Assembly (NCBI RefSeq): GCF_000013905.1
Contig: NC_007969.1
Location: 1,260,001 to 1,292,000, forward strand
Direction: 5' to 3'
DNA from: Psychrobacter cryohalolentis K5
GTDB taxonomy: Bacteria > Pseudomonadota > Gammaproteobacteria > Pseudomonadales > Moraxellaceae
DNA length: 32,000 nucleotides
Positions within the stretch are counted from its first letter, which is position 1, and the number at the start of each line of letters is the position of its first letter. The notes beneath the pieces were generated by a model. That model did not search any database and was not told where the DNA came from. It saw only the letters and a list, made by a program, of their open reading frames with translations. The position numbers and the translations under genes were made by a program. Below, one piece after another: positions 1 to 8,429 of this stretch.

Positions 1-463
1 TATTAAGCAATAATTTTGTAAATTTCCTAGAAAACGGATGAATGGCAGATTTAGTATGACGAAATACATATATTTCTGCTGAATATTATATTTATCACTC
101 ATTAGAAAGAATTTCCCAACAAACCTCCCAAATATCTCAAAAAACATAATCACTATTTATTTTAAAAATACTTGTCATATTGGCATTTCTCTATAGCTAT
201 AAACAATACGTGAATAAACCCCTATAATAGAGCGTCAATATCATTTGATGATGAAAGTCGCATATCGGCTGTCGTTTACTTTTACTACGATGTCTGTTTG
301 AACCCCATGCCAAGCTACAGTTGCTGATTATTAGCACTGGTCTGTAATAGCCAAGACATATAATGGAATGACGAGATGCAGCAAGGAAGGCATTAGGTAA
401 ATCGTTTGCTTACGAAAATATGTATAACTCTGTGATTTAATAATACCCTGCCACCGTGTAGGG

Positions 464-3304
464 ATGACTGATAAAAAAGGATTAGAGAAGATGAATTATT
501 ACAAGGATGCTGATAGCAGCGAAACGCAGGAATGGCTGCAAGCTTTTGAGTCTGTGATTAAGCATGCTGATAAAGATCGCGCGCAGTTCTTATTAAAAGC
601 CTTATATAATATGGGGGTGCAAGAAGGCCTGCCCTTTAACCGTTTAGATACGGCCTATATCAATACCATCGCCGTTGAAGATGAGCCGATGTACCCAGGT
701 GACTTGACGATCGAGCGCAAGATTCGCGCCTTGATTCGCTACAATGCTTTGGCAATGGTGATGCGCGCCAATAAAAACGATGACGATTTGGGCGGTCATT
801 TAGCCTCATTTGCTTCTAGTGCGACGCTATATGAAACTGGTTTTAACCATTTCTTCCGTGCTGCCAGCGATCATTTCGGCGGCGATATGATTTACTATCA
901 AGGTCACTCAGCGCCAGGTATGTATGCCCGTTCTTATCTAGAAGGTCGCTTGACTGAAGATCAGTTGGATAATTTCCGCCGTGAAGTCGGTGGTAAAGGG
1001 TTATCAAGCTATCCACATCCTTATTTGATGCCGGACTATTGGCAGTTCCCAACGGTTTCGATGGGCTTAGGTCCTATCATGTCAATCTACCATGCCCATG
1101 TACATCGCTATATGGAAAACCGCAAACTGCTAGAGTCAGAAGGTCGTAAGATTTGGGCGTTCTTAGGTGATGGTGAAACAGATGAGCCAGAAAGCTTAGG
1201 TGCTATCTCTCTTGCTGGTCGTGAAAAGCTGGATAACCTGATTTGGGTCGTTAACTGTAACCTGCAGCGCCTCGATGGTCCTGTTCGTGGTAATGGTAAA
1301 ATTATTCAAGAACTTGAATCCGTGTTTCGCGGTGCAGGCTGGCGAGTGATTAAAGTGGTTTGGGGCGGTAACTGGGACAGTCTGCTTGCTAATGATGATA
1401 CCGGTGTCCTTAAACACCGTATGGAAGAGACAGTCGACGGTGAGTATCAGCTATATGAAGCGCGCGATGCCAAATTTACCCGTGAGCATTTCTTTAATAA
1501 GTATCCTGAATTAAAAGAGATGGCAGATGCCTTAACGGATGAAGATATTTCACGTCTGAACCGTGGTGGTCATGATCCGATGAAGGTTTATGCCGCGTTT
1601 AGTGAAGCCATGAAAACCAAAGGTCAGCCGACGGTTATTTTAGTGAAGACGGTCAAAGGCTATGGTCTATCCACCACCCAAGCGGTTAACAAATCGCATC
1701 AAGTCAAGAAGCTTGATCAAGAAGCATTGGTATACTTCCGTGACCGTTTTGACTTACCATTTACTGATGAGCAGTTAGAAACGCTTCCGTTCTACCGTCC
1801 AGCTGAAGACTCAGCAGAGATGAAGTATCTAAAAGGTCGCCGCGAAGCCTTGGGTGGCCATTTGCCAAATCGCCGTAGTGGTCATATTCCTTTGAATATC
1901 CCTGATTTATCTATCTTTGATCGTGTTTTAAAAGGTAGTAACGGTAAAGAACAATCAACCACCATGGTGTTTGTGCGCCTATTATCAGCAATGCTAAAGA
2001 ACAAAGACATCCAAGATCGCGTTGTACCTATCGTACCTGATGAAGCGCGTACCTTTGGTTTAGAAGGTATGTTCCGTCAATTAGGTATTTACTCTGCCGT
2101 TGGTCAAAAGTATACACCTGAAGACAGTGAAGCCTTGATGGGTTATAAAGAAGCCATCGATGGTCATATGTTAGAAGAAGGTATCAACGAAGCGGGTGCA
2201 ATGAGTGCGTGGATTGCGCTGGCAACCAGTTATTCAGTGAATGCGCTACCGATGATTCCGATGTACATCTACTACTCTATGTTCGGTTTCCAACGCATTG
2301 GTGATTTGGCTTGGGCGGCAGGTGATTGTCAAGCACAGGGTTTCTTATTGGGTGCTACGGCAGGTCGCACGACGTTAAATGGTGAAGGCTTGCAGCATCA
2401 AGATGGTCATTCGCAAATTTTATTCAACGTCGTTCCTAACTGTGTGAGCTATGATCCGTGCTTTGGTTATGAGTTGGCAGTGATTATGCATGATGGTTTA
2501 CGCCGCATGTATGCTGAAGGTGAGCGTATTTATTACTATCTCACCGTGATGAATGAGAACTATGAGCAACCTGCAATGCCAGAAGGCGTTGAAGAAGGCA
2601 TCAAACGTGGTATGTATCTGCTAGAAGATAATGGTTCTGCGCAAGTTCAGCTGTTAGGTTCTGGTGTTATTTTACGTGAAGTGCAAAAAGCGGCACGTAT
2701 CTTAAAAGACGAGTTTAATATCACATCGAACGTCTGGAGTGTGACCAGCTTTAATGAGTTGACACGTGATGGTATGGCGTGTGATGACTATAATCGTCTA
2801 CATCCAATGGATGAAGAGCGCGTGCCATGGATTACTGAACAGCTTGCACCGCACGAAGGTGTGGTCGTTGCCGCAACGGATTATATGCGCAACTATTCAG
2901 AACAGATCCGTGCTTGGTTGCCAGATAGCCGCCCATATACCACACTAGGTACTGATGGTTATGGTCGCTCTGATACCCGCGAAAATCTGCGTAGTTTCTT
3001 CAACGTTGATGCCGCCCATATTGTTGTTGCTACCCTAAAACGCTTGGCTGATGAAGGCGAAGTAGAAATGCGTCTGGTTAAAGACGCGATCTCTAGCTTA
3101 AATATTGATATCGATCATCCGCCTGCATGGCAACAACAGCCATATTATGACTATTCTCCAGACGCTCCAGCACCTGGCAACATCAATCCGATTCCTGTAC
3201 CTGAATTTGTCGCTGAAGATGATGATGAAATCAGCAGTGAAGGTCGCGCCGAAGATCAAGCCGATGCAACCTTACTTAATAATGATGATGTCGAAGAAAA
3301 ATAA
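464..3304 (+). CDS. aceE: Pyruvate dehydrogenase E1 component (homodimeric AceE type)
   Basis: 946-aa ORF. It is collinear with E. coli AceE as I remember it: N-terminal ETQEWLQAFESV, and a ThDP motif GDGETDEPES...NCNLQRLDGPVRGNGK. It is followed 22 bp later by aceF. The last ~55 aa (PPAWQQQPYYDY...DDVEEK) are an acidic extra tail. Confidence 0.95.
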   Translation: MTDKKGLEKMNYYKDADSSETQEWLQAFESVIKHADKDRAQFLLKALYNMGVQEGLPFNRLDTAYINTIAVEDEPMYPGDLTIERKIRALIRYNALAMVMRANKNDDDLGGHLASFASSATLYETGFNHFFRAASDHFGGDMIYYQGHSAPGMYARSYLEGRLTEDQLDNFRREVGGKGLSSYPHPYLMPDYWQFPTVSMGLGPIMSIYHAHVHRYMENRKLLESEGRKIWAFLGDGETDEPESLGAISLAGREKLDNLIWVVNCNLQRLDGPVRGNGKIIQELESVFRGAGWRVIKVVWGGNWDSLLANDDTGVLKHRMEETVDGEYQLYEARDAKFTREHFFNKYPELKEMADALTDEDISRLNRGGHDPMKVYAAFSEAMKTKGQPTVILVKTVKGYGLSTTQAVNKSHQVKKLDQEALVYFRDRFDLPFTDEQLETLPFYRPAEDSAEMKYLKGRREALGGHLPNRRSGHIPLNIPDLSIFDRVLKGSNGKEQSTTMVFVRLLSAMLKNKDIQDRVVPIVPDEARTFGLEGMFRQLGIYSAVGQKYTPEDSEALMGYKEAIDGHMLEEGINEAGAMSAWIALATSYSVNALPMIPMYIYYSMFGFQRIGDLAWAAGDCQAQGFLLGATAGRTTLNGEGLQHQDGHSQILFNVVPNCVSYDPCFGYELAVIMHDGLRRMYAEGERIYYYLTVMNENYEQPAMPEGVEEGIKRGMYLLEDNGSAQVQLLGSGVILREVQKAARILKDEFNITSNVWSVTSFNELTRDGMACDDYNRLHPMDEERVPWITEQLAPHEGVVVAATDYMRNYSEQIRAWLPDSRPYTTLGTDGYGRSDTRENLRSFFNVDAAHIVVATLKRLADEGEVEMRLVKDAISSLNIDIDHPPAWQQQPYYDYSPDAPAPGNINPIPVPEFVAEDDDEISSEGRAEDQADATLLNNDDVEEK

Positions 3305-3326
3305 CCATAAGACAAGGAAATGAAAA

Positions 3327-5069
3327 ATGGACATTAAAGCCCCCGATTTGGGTGTCGATAGCGCCGAAGTCAGTGAAATTATGGTTGCAGTTGGTGATGT
3401 CATTGCAAAAGATGATAATATTATTTTACTTGAGTCAGACAAGGCTTCGGTCGAAGTGCCAAGCTCTGCTGCTGGTAAAGTGACTAAAATCAGTGTTGCG
3501 ATTGGTGATCAAGTCAGTGAAGGTATGGTGCTAATCGAGCTTGAAAGCGAGACTAATAGTCAAGATGAAAGTCAAAGCGTACAAACACCTGCTGCTGACA
3601 CTCAAGAGAAATCTCTTGATACTGAGCAAGAAGAACCGCAAAAAGAAGAGCAGAGCGATAAGGTAGCCGTTGAGTCAAATACTGATCAACCTGTTGAGCA
3701 AGAAGCAACAGCGACCACGCATGCGCTCCCAGATTTAGGCGTCGATGAAGCGCAAGTATCTGAGATTATGGTCAGTGTTGGCGATATGGTCACTGCTGAT
3801 CAGTCTATCTTGCTAATCGAGTCAGATAAAGCGTCGGTTGAAGTACCAGCGCCACAAGCCGGCAAAGTTGAGAAAATACTGATACAAGTAGGCGATATGG
3901 TTGCCAATGGGCAAGACTTTATTGTCATCATTGGTCAAAGCTCAGACAATGCTAATGCTACGAGTGAAGCCAAAGCACCAGTTGCTCAATCGCAAGATTC
4001 AAAACCAGCAGTGAGCGAGCAAAAGACTGATTCAAGTCAGGAAGCTGCTAAACAAGCTACGACTGAGCCTAAACAAGTTGCTAGTACTACTGCAAAAAGC
4101 AGTACAGGTAATAAGCTGACCGAAGCACAAGTCAATGAAAAAATGGTTGATGTCTATGCTGGTCCCGCCGTGCGTAAACTTGCCCGTCAGTTGGGTGTGG
4201 ATATTAGCCAAGTAACAGGTTCAGCACTGAATGCACGTATCTTAAAAGAAGATTTGTTTGCTCATGTGAAGCAAAGCTTGACGACAAAACAAGCTGCACC
4301 CGCTACTGGAGCCGGTGTATCTAGAGCCAGCTTACCAAGCTTACCTGATATGAGTAATGTTGAAATTTGGGGCGAAACAGAAACCCAAGACTTAACTCGC
4401 TTGCAAAAGGTGTCGATTCCACAGCTGAATTACAACACTTACTTGCCACAGGTGACGCAGTTTGATTTGTCTGATATCACTGAGACAGAGCAGCTGCGTA
4501 GTGAGCTTAAAGGCAGTATGAAAGCTGAAGGTGTTGGACTGACAATTTTGGCCTTTATTGTCAAAGCAACGGCTTATGCATTGACCCAGCATCCACGTTT
4601 TAACAGTCATTTAAGTGACGACAATACCCAAGTCATCCTACGTAAAAGCGTAAATATGGGGATTGCAGTAGCAACAGATGATGGCTTAATCGTGCCAGTG
4701 ATTAAAAATGCTCACGAAAAAGGTATCAAGCAAATTGCGATTGAAATCGGCGAATTGGCCATCAAAGCCCGTGATAAAAAGCTAAGTACTAAAGACTTGC
4801 AAGGCGCAAGCTTTACCATCTCAAGTCAAGGTATCTTAGGTGGTACGGCGTTTACGCCATTGGTAAACTGGCCACAAGTTGGTATTTTGGGGGCATCAGA
4901 AGCGACTATGCAACCGAAATGGAATGCTGCCAAGCAAACTTTTGAGCCGCGCTTGATGTTGCCATTGTCATTATCATATGATCATCGTGTGATTAATGGG
5001 GCTGATGCGGCAGTATTCACGCGTTATGTCGCAACATTGCTTGCTGACCCGCGCCGTATTTTGCTATAG
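3327..5069 (+). CDS. aceF: Dihydrolipoamide acetyltransferase (PDH E2) with two lipoyl domains
   Basis: 580-aa ORF. It has two lipoyl domains with the lipoyl-lysine motif ESDKASVEVP, Ala/Gln/Ser-rich linkers, a peripheral-subunit-binding domain (GPAVRKLARQLGVDISQVTGS) and a catalytic domain with the active-site motif SYDHRVINGADAA. An AAGGA Shine-Dalgarno lies upstream of the ATG. Confidence 0.95.
   Translation: MDIKAPDLGVDSAEVSEIMVAVGDVIAKDDNIILLESDKASVEVPSSAAGKVTKISVAIGDQVSEGMVLIELESETNSQDESQSVQTPAADTQEKSLDTEQEEPQKEEQSDKVAVESNTDQPVEQEATATTHALPDLGVDEAQVSEIMVSVGDMVTADQSILLIESDKASVEVPAPQAGKVEKILIQVGDMVANGQDFIVIIGQSSDNANATSEAKAPVAQSQDSKPAVSEQKTDSSQEAAKQATTEPKQVASTTAKSSTGNKLTEAQVNEKMVDVYAGPAVRKLARQLGVDISQVTGSALNARILKEDLFAHVKQSLTTKQAAPATGAGVSRASLPSLPDMSNVEIWGETETQDLTRLQKVSIPQLNYNTYLPQVTQFDLSDITETEQLRSELKGSMKAEGVGLTILAFIVKATAYALTQHPRFNSHLSDDNTQVILRKSVNMGIAVATDDGLIVPVIKNAHEKGIKQIAIEIGELAIKARDKKLSTKDLQGASFTISSQGILGGTAFTPLVNWPQVGILGASEATMQPKWNAAKQTFEPRLMLPLSLSYDHRVINGADAAVFTRYVATLLADPRRILL
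3339..3935 (+). repeat. Internal tandem duplication encoding lipoyl domains 1 and 2 of AceF
   Basis: PDLGVDSAEVSEIMVAVGD...LLESDKASVEVPSSAAGKV (from 3339) is repeated as PDLGVDEAQVSEIMVSVGD...LIESDKASVEVPAPQAGKV (from 3729). This is a domain-level repeat inside the coding region. Confidence 0.85.
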
Positions 5070-5101
5070 GTTTTATTCTTATTTAAATTTTATATAAAAG
5101 A

Positions 5102-5128
5102 AAGACTATCTGCGGATGGTCTTTTTTT
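5102..5128 (+). terminator. Rho-independent terminator after aceF
   Basis: Stem AAGACTATC / GATGGTCTT (one G-T pair), loop TGCG, followed by a T-run (ctttttttat). It lies 33 bp after the aceF stop. Confidence 0.8.
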
Positions 5129-5169
5129 ATCTCTGTTATTTGATTAGAATATAGATAAATAACAGACAC

Positions 5170-5201
5170 AAAAAAGCCCGCAACTAAGCTGGCTTTTTTT
5201 A
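5170..5201. terminator. Bidirectional terminator (serves ompW on the minus strand)
   Basis: AAAAAAGCCCGC-aactaa-GCTGGCTTTTTTT. A 7-bp stem with one mismatch is flanked by an A-run and a T-run. It sits 32 bp beyond the ompW stop. Confidence 0.7.
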
Positions 5202-5232
5202 TTCACAATCTTTAGCTTATAACTCTGATAAA

Positions 5233-5868
5233 TTAGAACTGTTTTACAAAGGCAACGCCATAAACCCAAGGACTGATGTCGATTTTGCCAATGTCAGTAC
5301 CGTTCAAAGTAGCGTCAGTTTTGATGTCCATATAGCGAGCATCAATACGGAAAGACTCAGTGGCAGCAAATGGGATATCAAGACCGATATGACCAGCAAC
5401 ACCAACGCTATCATCAAGCTTTAATTCAGTACCTACAACGTTTGCTTTTTCTTTAAAGAACATCGTGTAGTTTACACCAACACCCACAAACGGTTTTACA
5501 TTCATAGGTAGGTTATAATCATCGAAGTGATATTGTAGAGAAAGCGTTGGTGGTAAATGCTGAGTTCTACCAGTGATCTCATTATTTAAAGCATCAGTTA
5601 AGGTAAAGTCATGATGAAATGGAATGGCAGCGAGTAGTTCAACACCAACGTTATTAGCGATAAAGTATTCACCACTGATGGTTGGACGGACATCACCATC
5701 AACATCTACAGCATAGCTTGTGCCCCCTATAGTGACATCACCATTATCATTTTTAGGATCAACATAATGCGCACCAGCGGCAACTGTCCAAGTGCCTGCA
5801 GGTACAGCAAAAGCAGTGGTCATAGTAAGTGCAGTAGCAGCGGCTAAAACTAGGGATTGTAGTTTCAT
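5233..5868 (-). CDS. ompW: Outer membrane protein W family beta-barrel
   Basis: 211 aa with signal peptide MKLQSLVLAAATALTMTTAFA. The blocks NVGVELLAAIPFHH, HLPPTL, KPFVGVGVNYTMFF and PWVYGVAFVKQF (C-terminal Phe) align with E. coli OmpW as I recall it. Confidence 0.9.
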   Translation of the reverse strand: MKLQSLVLAAATALTMTTAFAVPAGTWTVAAGAHYVDPKNDNGDVTIGGTSYAVDVDGDVRPTISGEYFIANNVGVELLAAIPFHHDFTLTDALNNEITGRTQHLPPTLSLQYHFDDYNLPMNVKPFVGVGVNYTMFFKEKANVVGTELKLDDSVGVAGHIGLDIPFAATESFRIDARYMDIKTDATLNGTDIGKIDISPWVYGVAFVKQF

Positions 5869-5986
5869 CGTTTAATTCCTTAACGTTTAGATAATGGTCG
5901 CTAGCTCCTGAGGGATGTCATAAGTTAGCAACATATAATGTTAGGCTAGGGATTAACCTGTAACATCTGCTATCTATTATAGTACA

Positions 5987-6011
5987 AATACCTTACTAAT
6001 AGTAAGGTATT
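5987..6011. promoter_or_regulatory. 25-bp perfect palindrome (12+1+12) in the ompW upstream region; candidate operator
   Basis: AATACCTTACTA-A-TAGTAAGGTATT read directly from the sequence. It lies 119-143 bp upstream of the ompW ATG and 144 bp upstream of ORF 6155. Confidence 0.4.
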
Positions 6012-6154
6012 AAGCGGAATGTTCAGATATTTATGCGTAAAGTTACAATGAGAAAGGTTTGGATACGTTAAAGTTTATGGCATAACCTATTTCGATTGTA
6101 GGTTTTTGCTATTATTGATATACCATTATTTTATAAAGGGATCGGTTATCTATT

Positions 6155-6382
6155 ATGCTTGGCTACTGTAGTAATTCTCCACTGCGCTGTGACAACGCTC
6201 TCTCATTGATAGTGTTAGACCAAATAGATTCTTGTTGCCCGATCTGTGGCTTATCCTTGCTACCTGCCCAAAAACGTAGTCATGAGTGGCGCGCTGAAGA
6301 GCGGTTATTGCGTATAGCGTTTTTTGCTGTTGCCATCATATTGGTCTTGGTTGTCTACATTTATTATACAAAGTTAGTATAA
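6155..6382 (+). CDS. Hypothetical small Cys-rich, C-terminally membrane-anchored protein
   Basis: 75-aa ORF. The N-terminus carries CSNSPLRC...CCPICG (zinc-ribbon-like) and the C-terminus a hydrophobic helix IAFFAVAIILVLVVYIYY. It sits 62 bp upstream of the K+ channel on the same strand. The RBS is weak and I recognise no homolog. Confidence 0.35.
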   Translation: MLGYCSNSPLRCDNALSLIVLDQIDSCCPICGLSLLPAQKRSHEWRAEERLLRIAFFAVAIILVLVVYIYYTKLV

Positions 6383-6444
6383 TCAGACTCTCATAACGGC
6401 TTTTCTGTTCATCCAAGCTCGGTGTTACACCGCATAGGGACGGC

Positions 6445-7422
6445 ATGCTATTTCAATCTATACGGCGCTTGCGTCTTTTTGTCTATAATATTTTGCAAAA
6501 CGATGAGCATGATACGCTCTTTAGTCGCTGTGTTGATTATTTCCTTATTTTTTTGATTATGGCAAACGTCACGGCGGTGATTGCAGAGTCTGTTGATACT
6601 TGGTACTACCCTTATCAAGAATACTTTACGTGGTTTGAAAATTTTTCTATTGTGATATTTTCTATTGAATATTTACTTCGCACATGGAGCGTTGCTGAAG
6701 CCAAGCCAAGCAATACTACATGGCGACAGCGCTGGGATTGGCTAAGAAGTCCATCTGCATTGATTGATTTGATTGCCATTGTCCCTGCCTTTTTGAACTT
6801 CTTTGTCAGTATAGACTTGCGTTTCTTGCGTATTTTACGTTTGTTTCGTATTCTTAAATTGACTCGTTATTTTGCCTCATTGCGTATTTTGTTGGTGGTT
6901 ATTAGTAAGGAAAAAGGCTCCTTCCAAGCGGTTATTTTTATCTTAATAATTATGATTGTGACCGCTTCTAGTGGTATCTATCTAGTAGAAAATCATGCAC
7001 AGCCAGAAGAGTTTGAATCGATACCAAAAGCCATGTGGTGGGCGGTAGTTACTCTAACAACGGTAGGTTATGGCGATGTGACGCCGATTACCAATGCTGG
7101 CAAAATATTAGGCGCTATCATTACTATATTGGGCGTTGGTTTAGCAGCGTTACCTGCTGGTATTTTGGCAACCGGCTTGGCAAATGAGCTCAGTCAGCGC
7201 CGTGAAGAGCTTGAGCAAGATTTCAGGGGACAGCTGATTGATAGTGATTTTGATTTGGTTCAAAATCAGATGATGATTGAAAAAATCCGCCGCGAGCTTG
7301 GATTAGATAAAGAGCAAGCGCAAGATATTGTGCTGCAAGTGCTGCGTGAGCAAGAGCTTGAGCGCCGTGAAAGAGATGTGCAGCAAAAGAATTTTTGTCC
7401 ACATTGCGGTGAGCGCTTATAG
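6445..7422 (+). CDS. Voltage-gated K+ channel (6-TM, KvAP-like) with charged C-terminal coiled-coil tail
   Basis: 325 aa. It has an S4 voltage-sensor helix with basic residues at every third position (LRFLRILRLFRILKLTRYF) and the K+ selectivity filter TLTTVGYGD. S5/S6 helices flank the pore. An AGGGA Shine-Dalgarno lies 5 nt before the ATG. The C-terminus ends in CPHCGERL. Confidence 0.9.
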   Translation: MLFQSIRRLRLFVYNILQNDEHDTLFSRCVDYFLIFLIMANVTAVIAESVDTWYYPYQEYFTWFENFSIVIFSIEYLLRTWSVAEAKPSNTTWRQRWDWLRSPSALIDLIAIVPAFLNFFVSIDLRFLRILRLFRILKLTRYFASLRILLVVISKEKGSFQAVIFILIIMIVTASSGIYLVENHAQPEEFESIPKAMWWAVVTLTTVGYGDVTPITNAGKILGAIITILGVGLAALPAGILATGLANELSQRREELEQDFRGQLIDSDFDLVQNQMMIEKIRRELGLDKEQAQDIVLQVLREQELERRERDVQQKNFCPHCGERL

Positions 7423-7615
7423 TAAAGGACGATAGTCAGGGCAAAATAACATTGATGCATCAAGTACTGCTGATATTAATTTTTCTTACTTGCTGTGCCT
7501 ACGCCGACAAAGGCTGCAAAAAATTTATACCAGCAGTACTGTAGCGTTTTTAAGATATTTTAACTATGCCAGTTATCACAGGCTTTCTTCTGTATCGAAT
7601 CGCCTATATAAAATT

Positions 7616-7655
7616 AAAAATGGTCAATGGCTTTGTATCGCGATTGACCATTTTT
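7616..7655. terminator. Bidirectional rho-independent terminator (ends the Lon-like/WYL/TerD cluster; also downstream of the K+ channel)
   Basis: AAAAA-TGGTCAAT-(14-nt loop)-ATTGACCA-TTTTT. The 8-bp stem is perfect, with A- and T-runs on the two sides. It lies 22 bp beyond the TerD-like stop. Confidence 0.8.
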
Positions 7656-7676
7656 AAGTAAGCGCGGCATATCTTT

Positions 7677-8342
7677 TTAGCTATATATGGCTTGCGGGAT
7701 CGGTAAGGCACGAGCCAATTCATGCGACACTTGTTGCGCCGCTATTGCCAAATCTGTTGCAGGGAGTGGCAGGTTCTGTAACGTTAGATGCCAGTCATCT
7801 ACTTCTCGGCGCAAATGGGCAACCCACAGCGTCACGCAATCACGTGGCAGCTGCTTTAAATTGACCTCAAAAGAGCGGTTACCTTCATCATCGCTGAGAT
7901 GAATCTCGCCTTTTTTAACTCTGGTAAAAGGTTGTCCGTAATAGGAGTTGGCAATCAAAGCAATATGCGTGATATGAGCAGGGATTTCATCCAGATATAG
8001 TCTGATTTGCTCTTGATCAAGCGGTGCAAGATACATCGCTTGGTCACCGCGGTCTTTACCATTCAAACTATCGCCTTGATGGCATATCGATTCGGCTTTG
8101 TCGCGCAGCTGTTTAAACCAAACAATATCGCTGATGGTGCAGTTGTCATCATATAACACGCAAGCCAAATCAAGATCCATGGAGTTTGCATTTTTATTAA
8201 AACGCTTCTTTAATTTTTTAAATAAGCCTGTGCGCTCAACCTTGGTAAATTCATAATTCAGACCAAAAAATAAAGTTCCTGCGTCCAAACCCAACCCTCT
8301 TAAGCTGTCTGAAAGTAGTGGCGATGGGGTAGTGGTCGACAT
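7677..8342 (-). CDS. TerD-domain (tellurium-resistance TerD/TerZ family) protein
   Basis: 221 aa. It is block-wise collinear with TerD as I remember it:
- GLGLDA (TerD GLGWDA)
- MDLDLACVLY (FDLDASAFLL)
- HQGDSLNGKDRGDQ (HTGDNRTGEGDGDDE, Ca-binding loop)
- HIALIANSY (KIIFVVTIH)
- LWVAHLRREVDDWHL (LFGELYRHNGEWKF)

It has an extra basic insert, LFKKLKKRFNKN. An AAGGA Shine-Dalgarno lies 7 nt before the ATG. Confidence 0.8.
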   Translation of the reverse strand: MSTTTPSPLLSDSLRGLGLDAGTLFFGLNYEFTKVERTGLFKKLKKRFNKNANSMDLDLACVLYDDNCTISDIVWFKQLRDKAESICHQGDSLNGKDRGDQAMYLAPLDQEQIRLYLDEIPAHITHIALIANSYYGQPFTRVKKGEIHLSDDEGNRSFEVNLKQLPRDCVTLWVAHLRREVDDWHLTLQNLPLPATDLAIAAQQVSHELARALPIPQAIYS

Positions 8343-8429
8343 AGTAATCCTTTTGATACTTGGTTTTTTTATGAATGAGTTAGGTAGATGTAGAAGCTAT
8401 AAAAGTGCTTGTAAGAATGGCGTAAAAAA

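Noticed and set aside
1-463. The long AT-rich leader upstream of aceE, examined for tRNA or ncRNA genes, PdhR-type operators or repeats.
   Set aside because: I could recognise no cloverleaf-compatible sequence, no significant inverted or direct repeats, and no motif. I left it unannotated rather than guess promoter elements.
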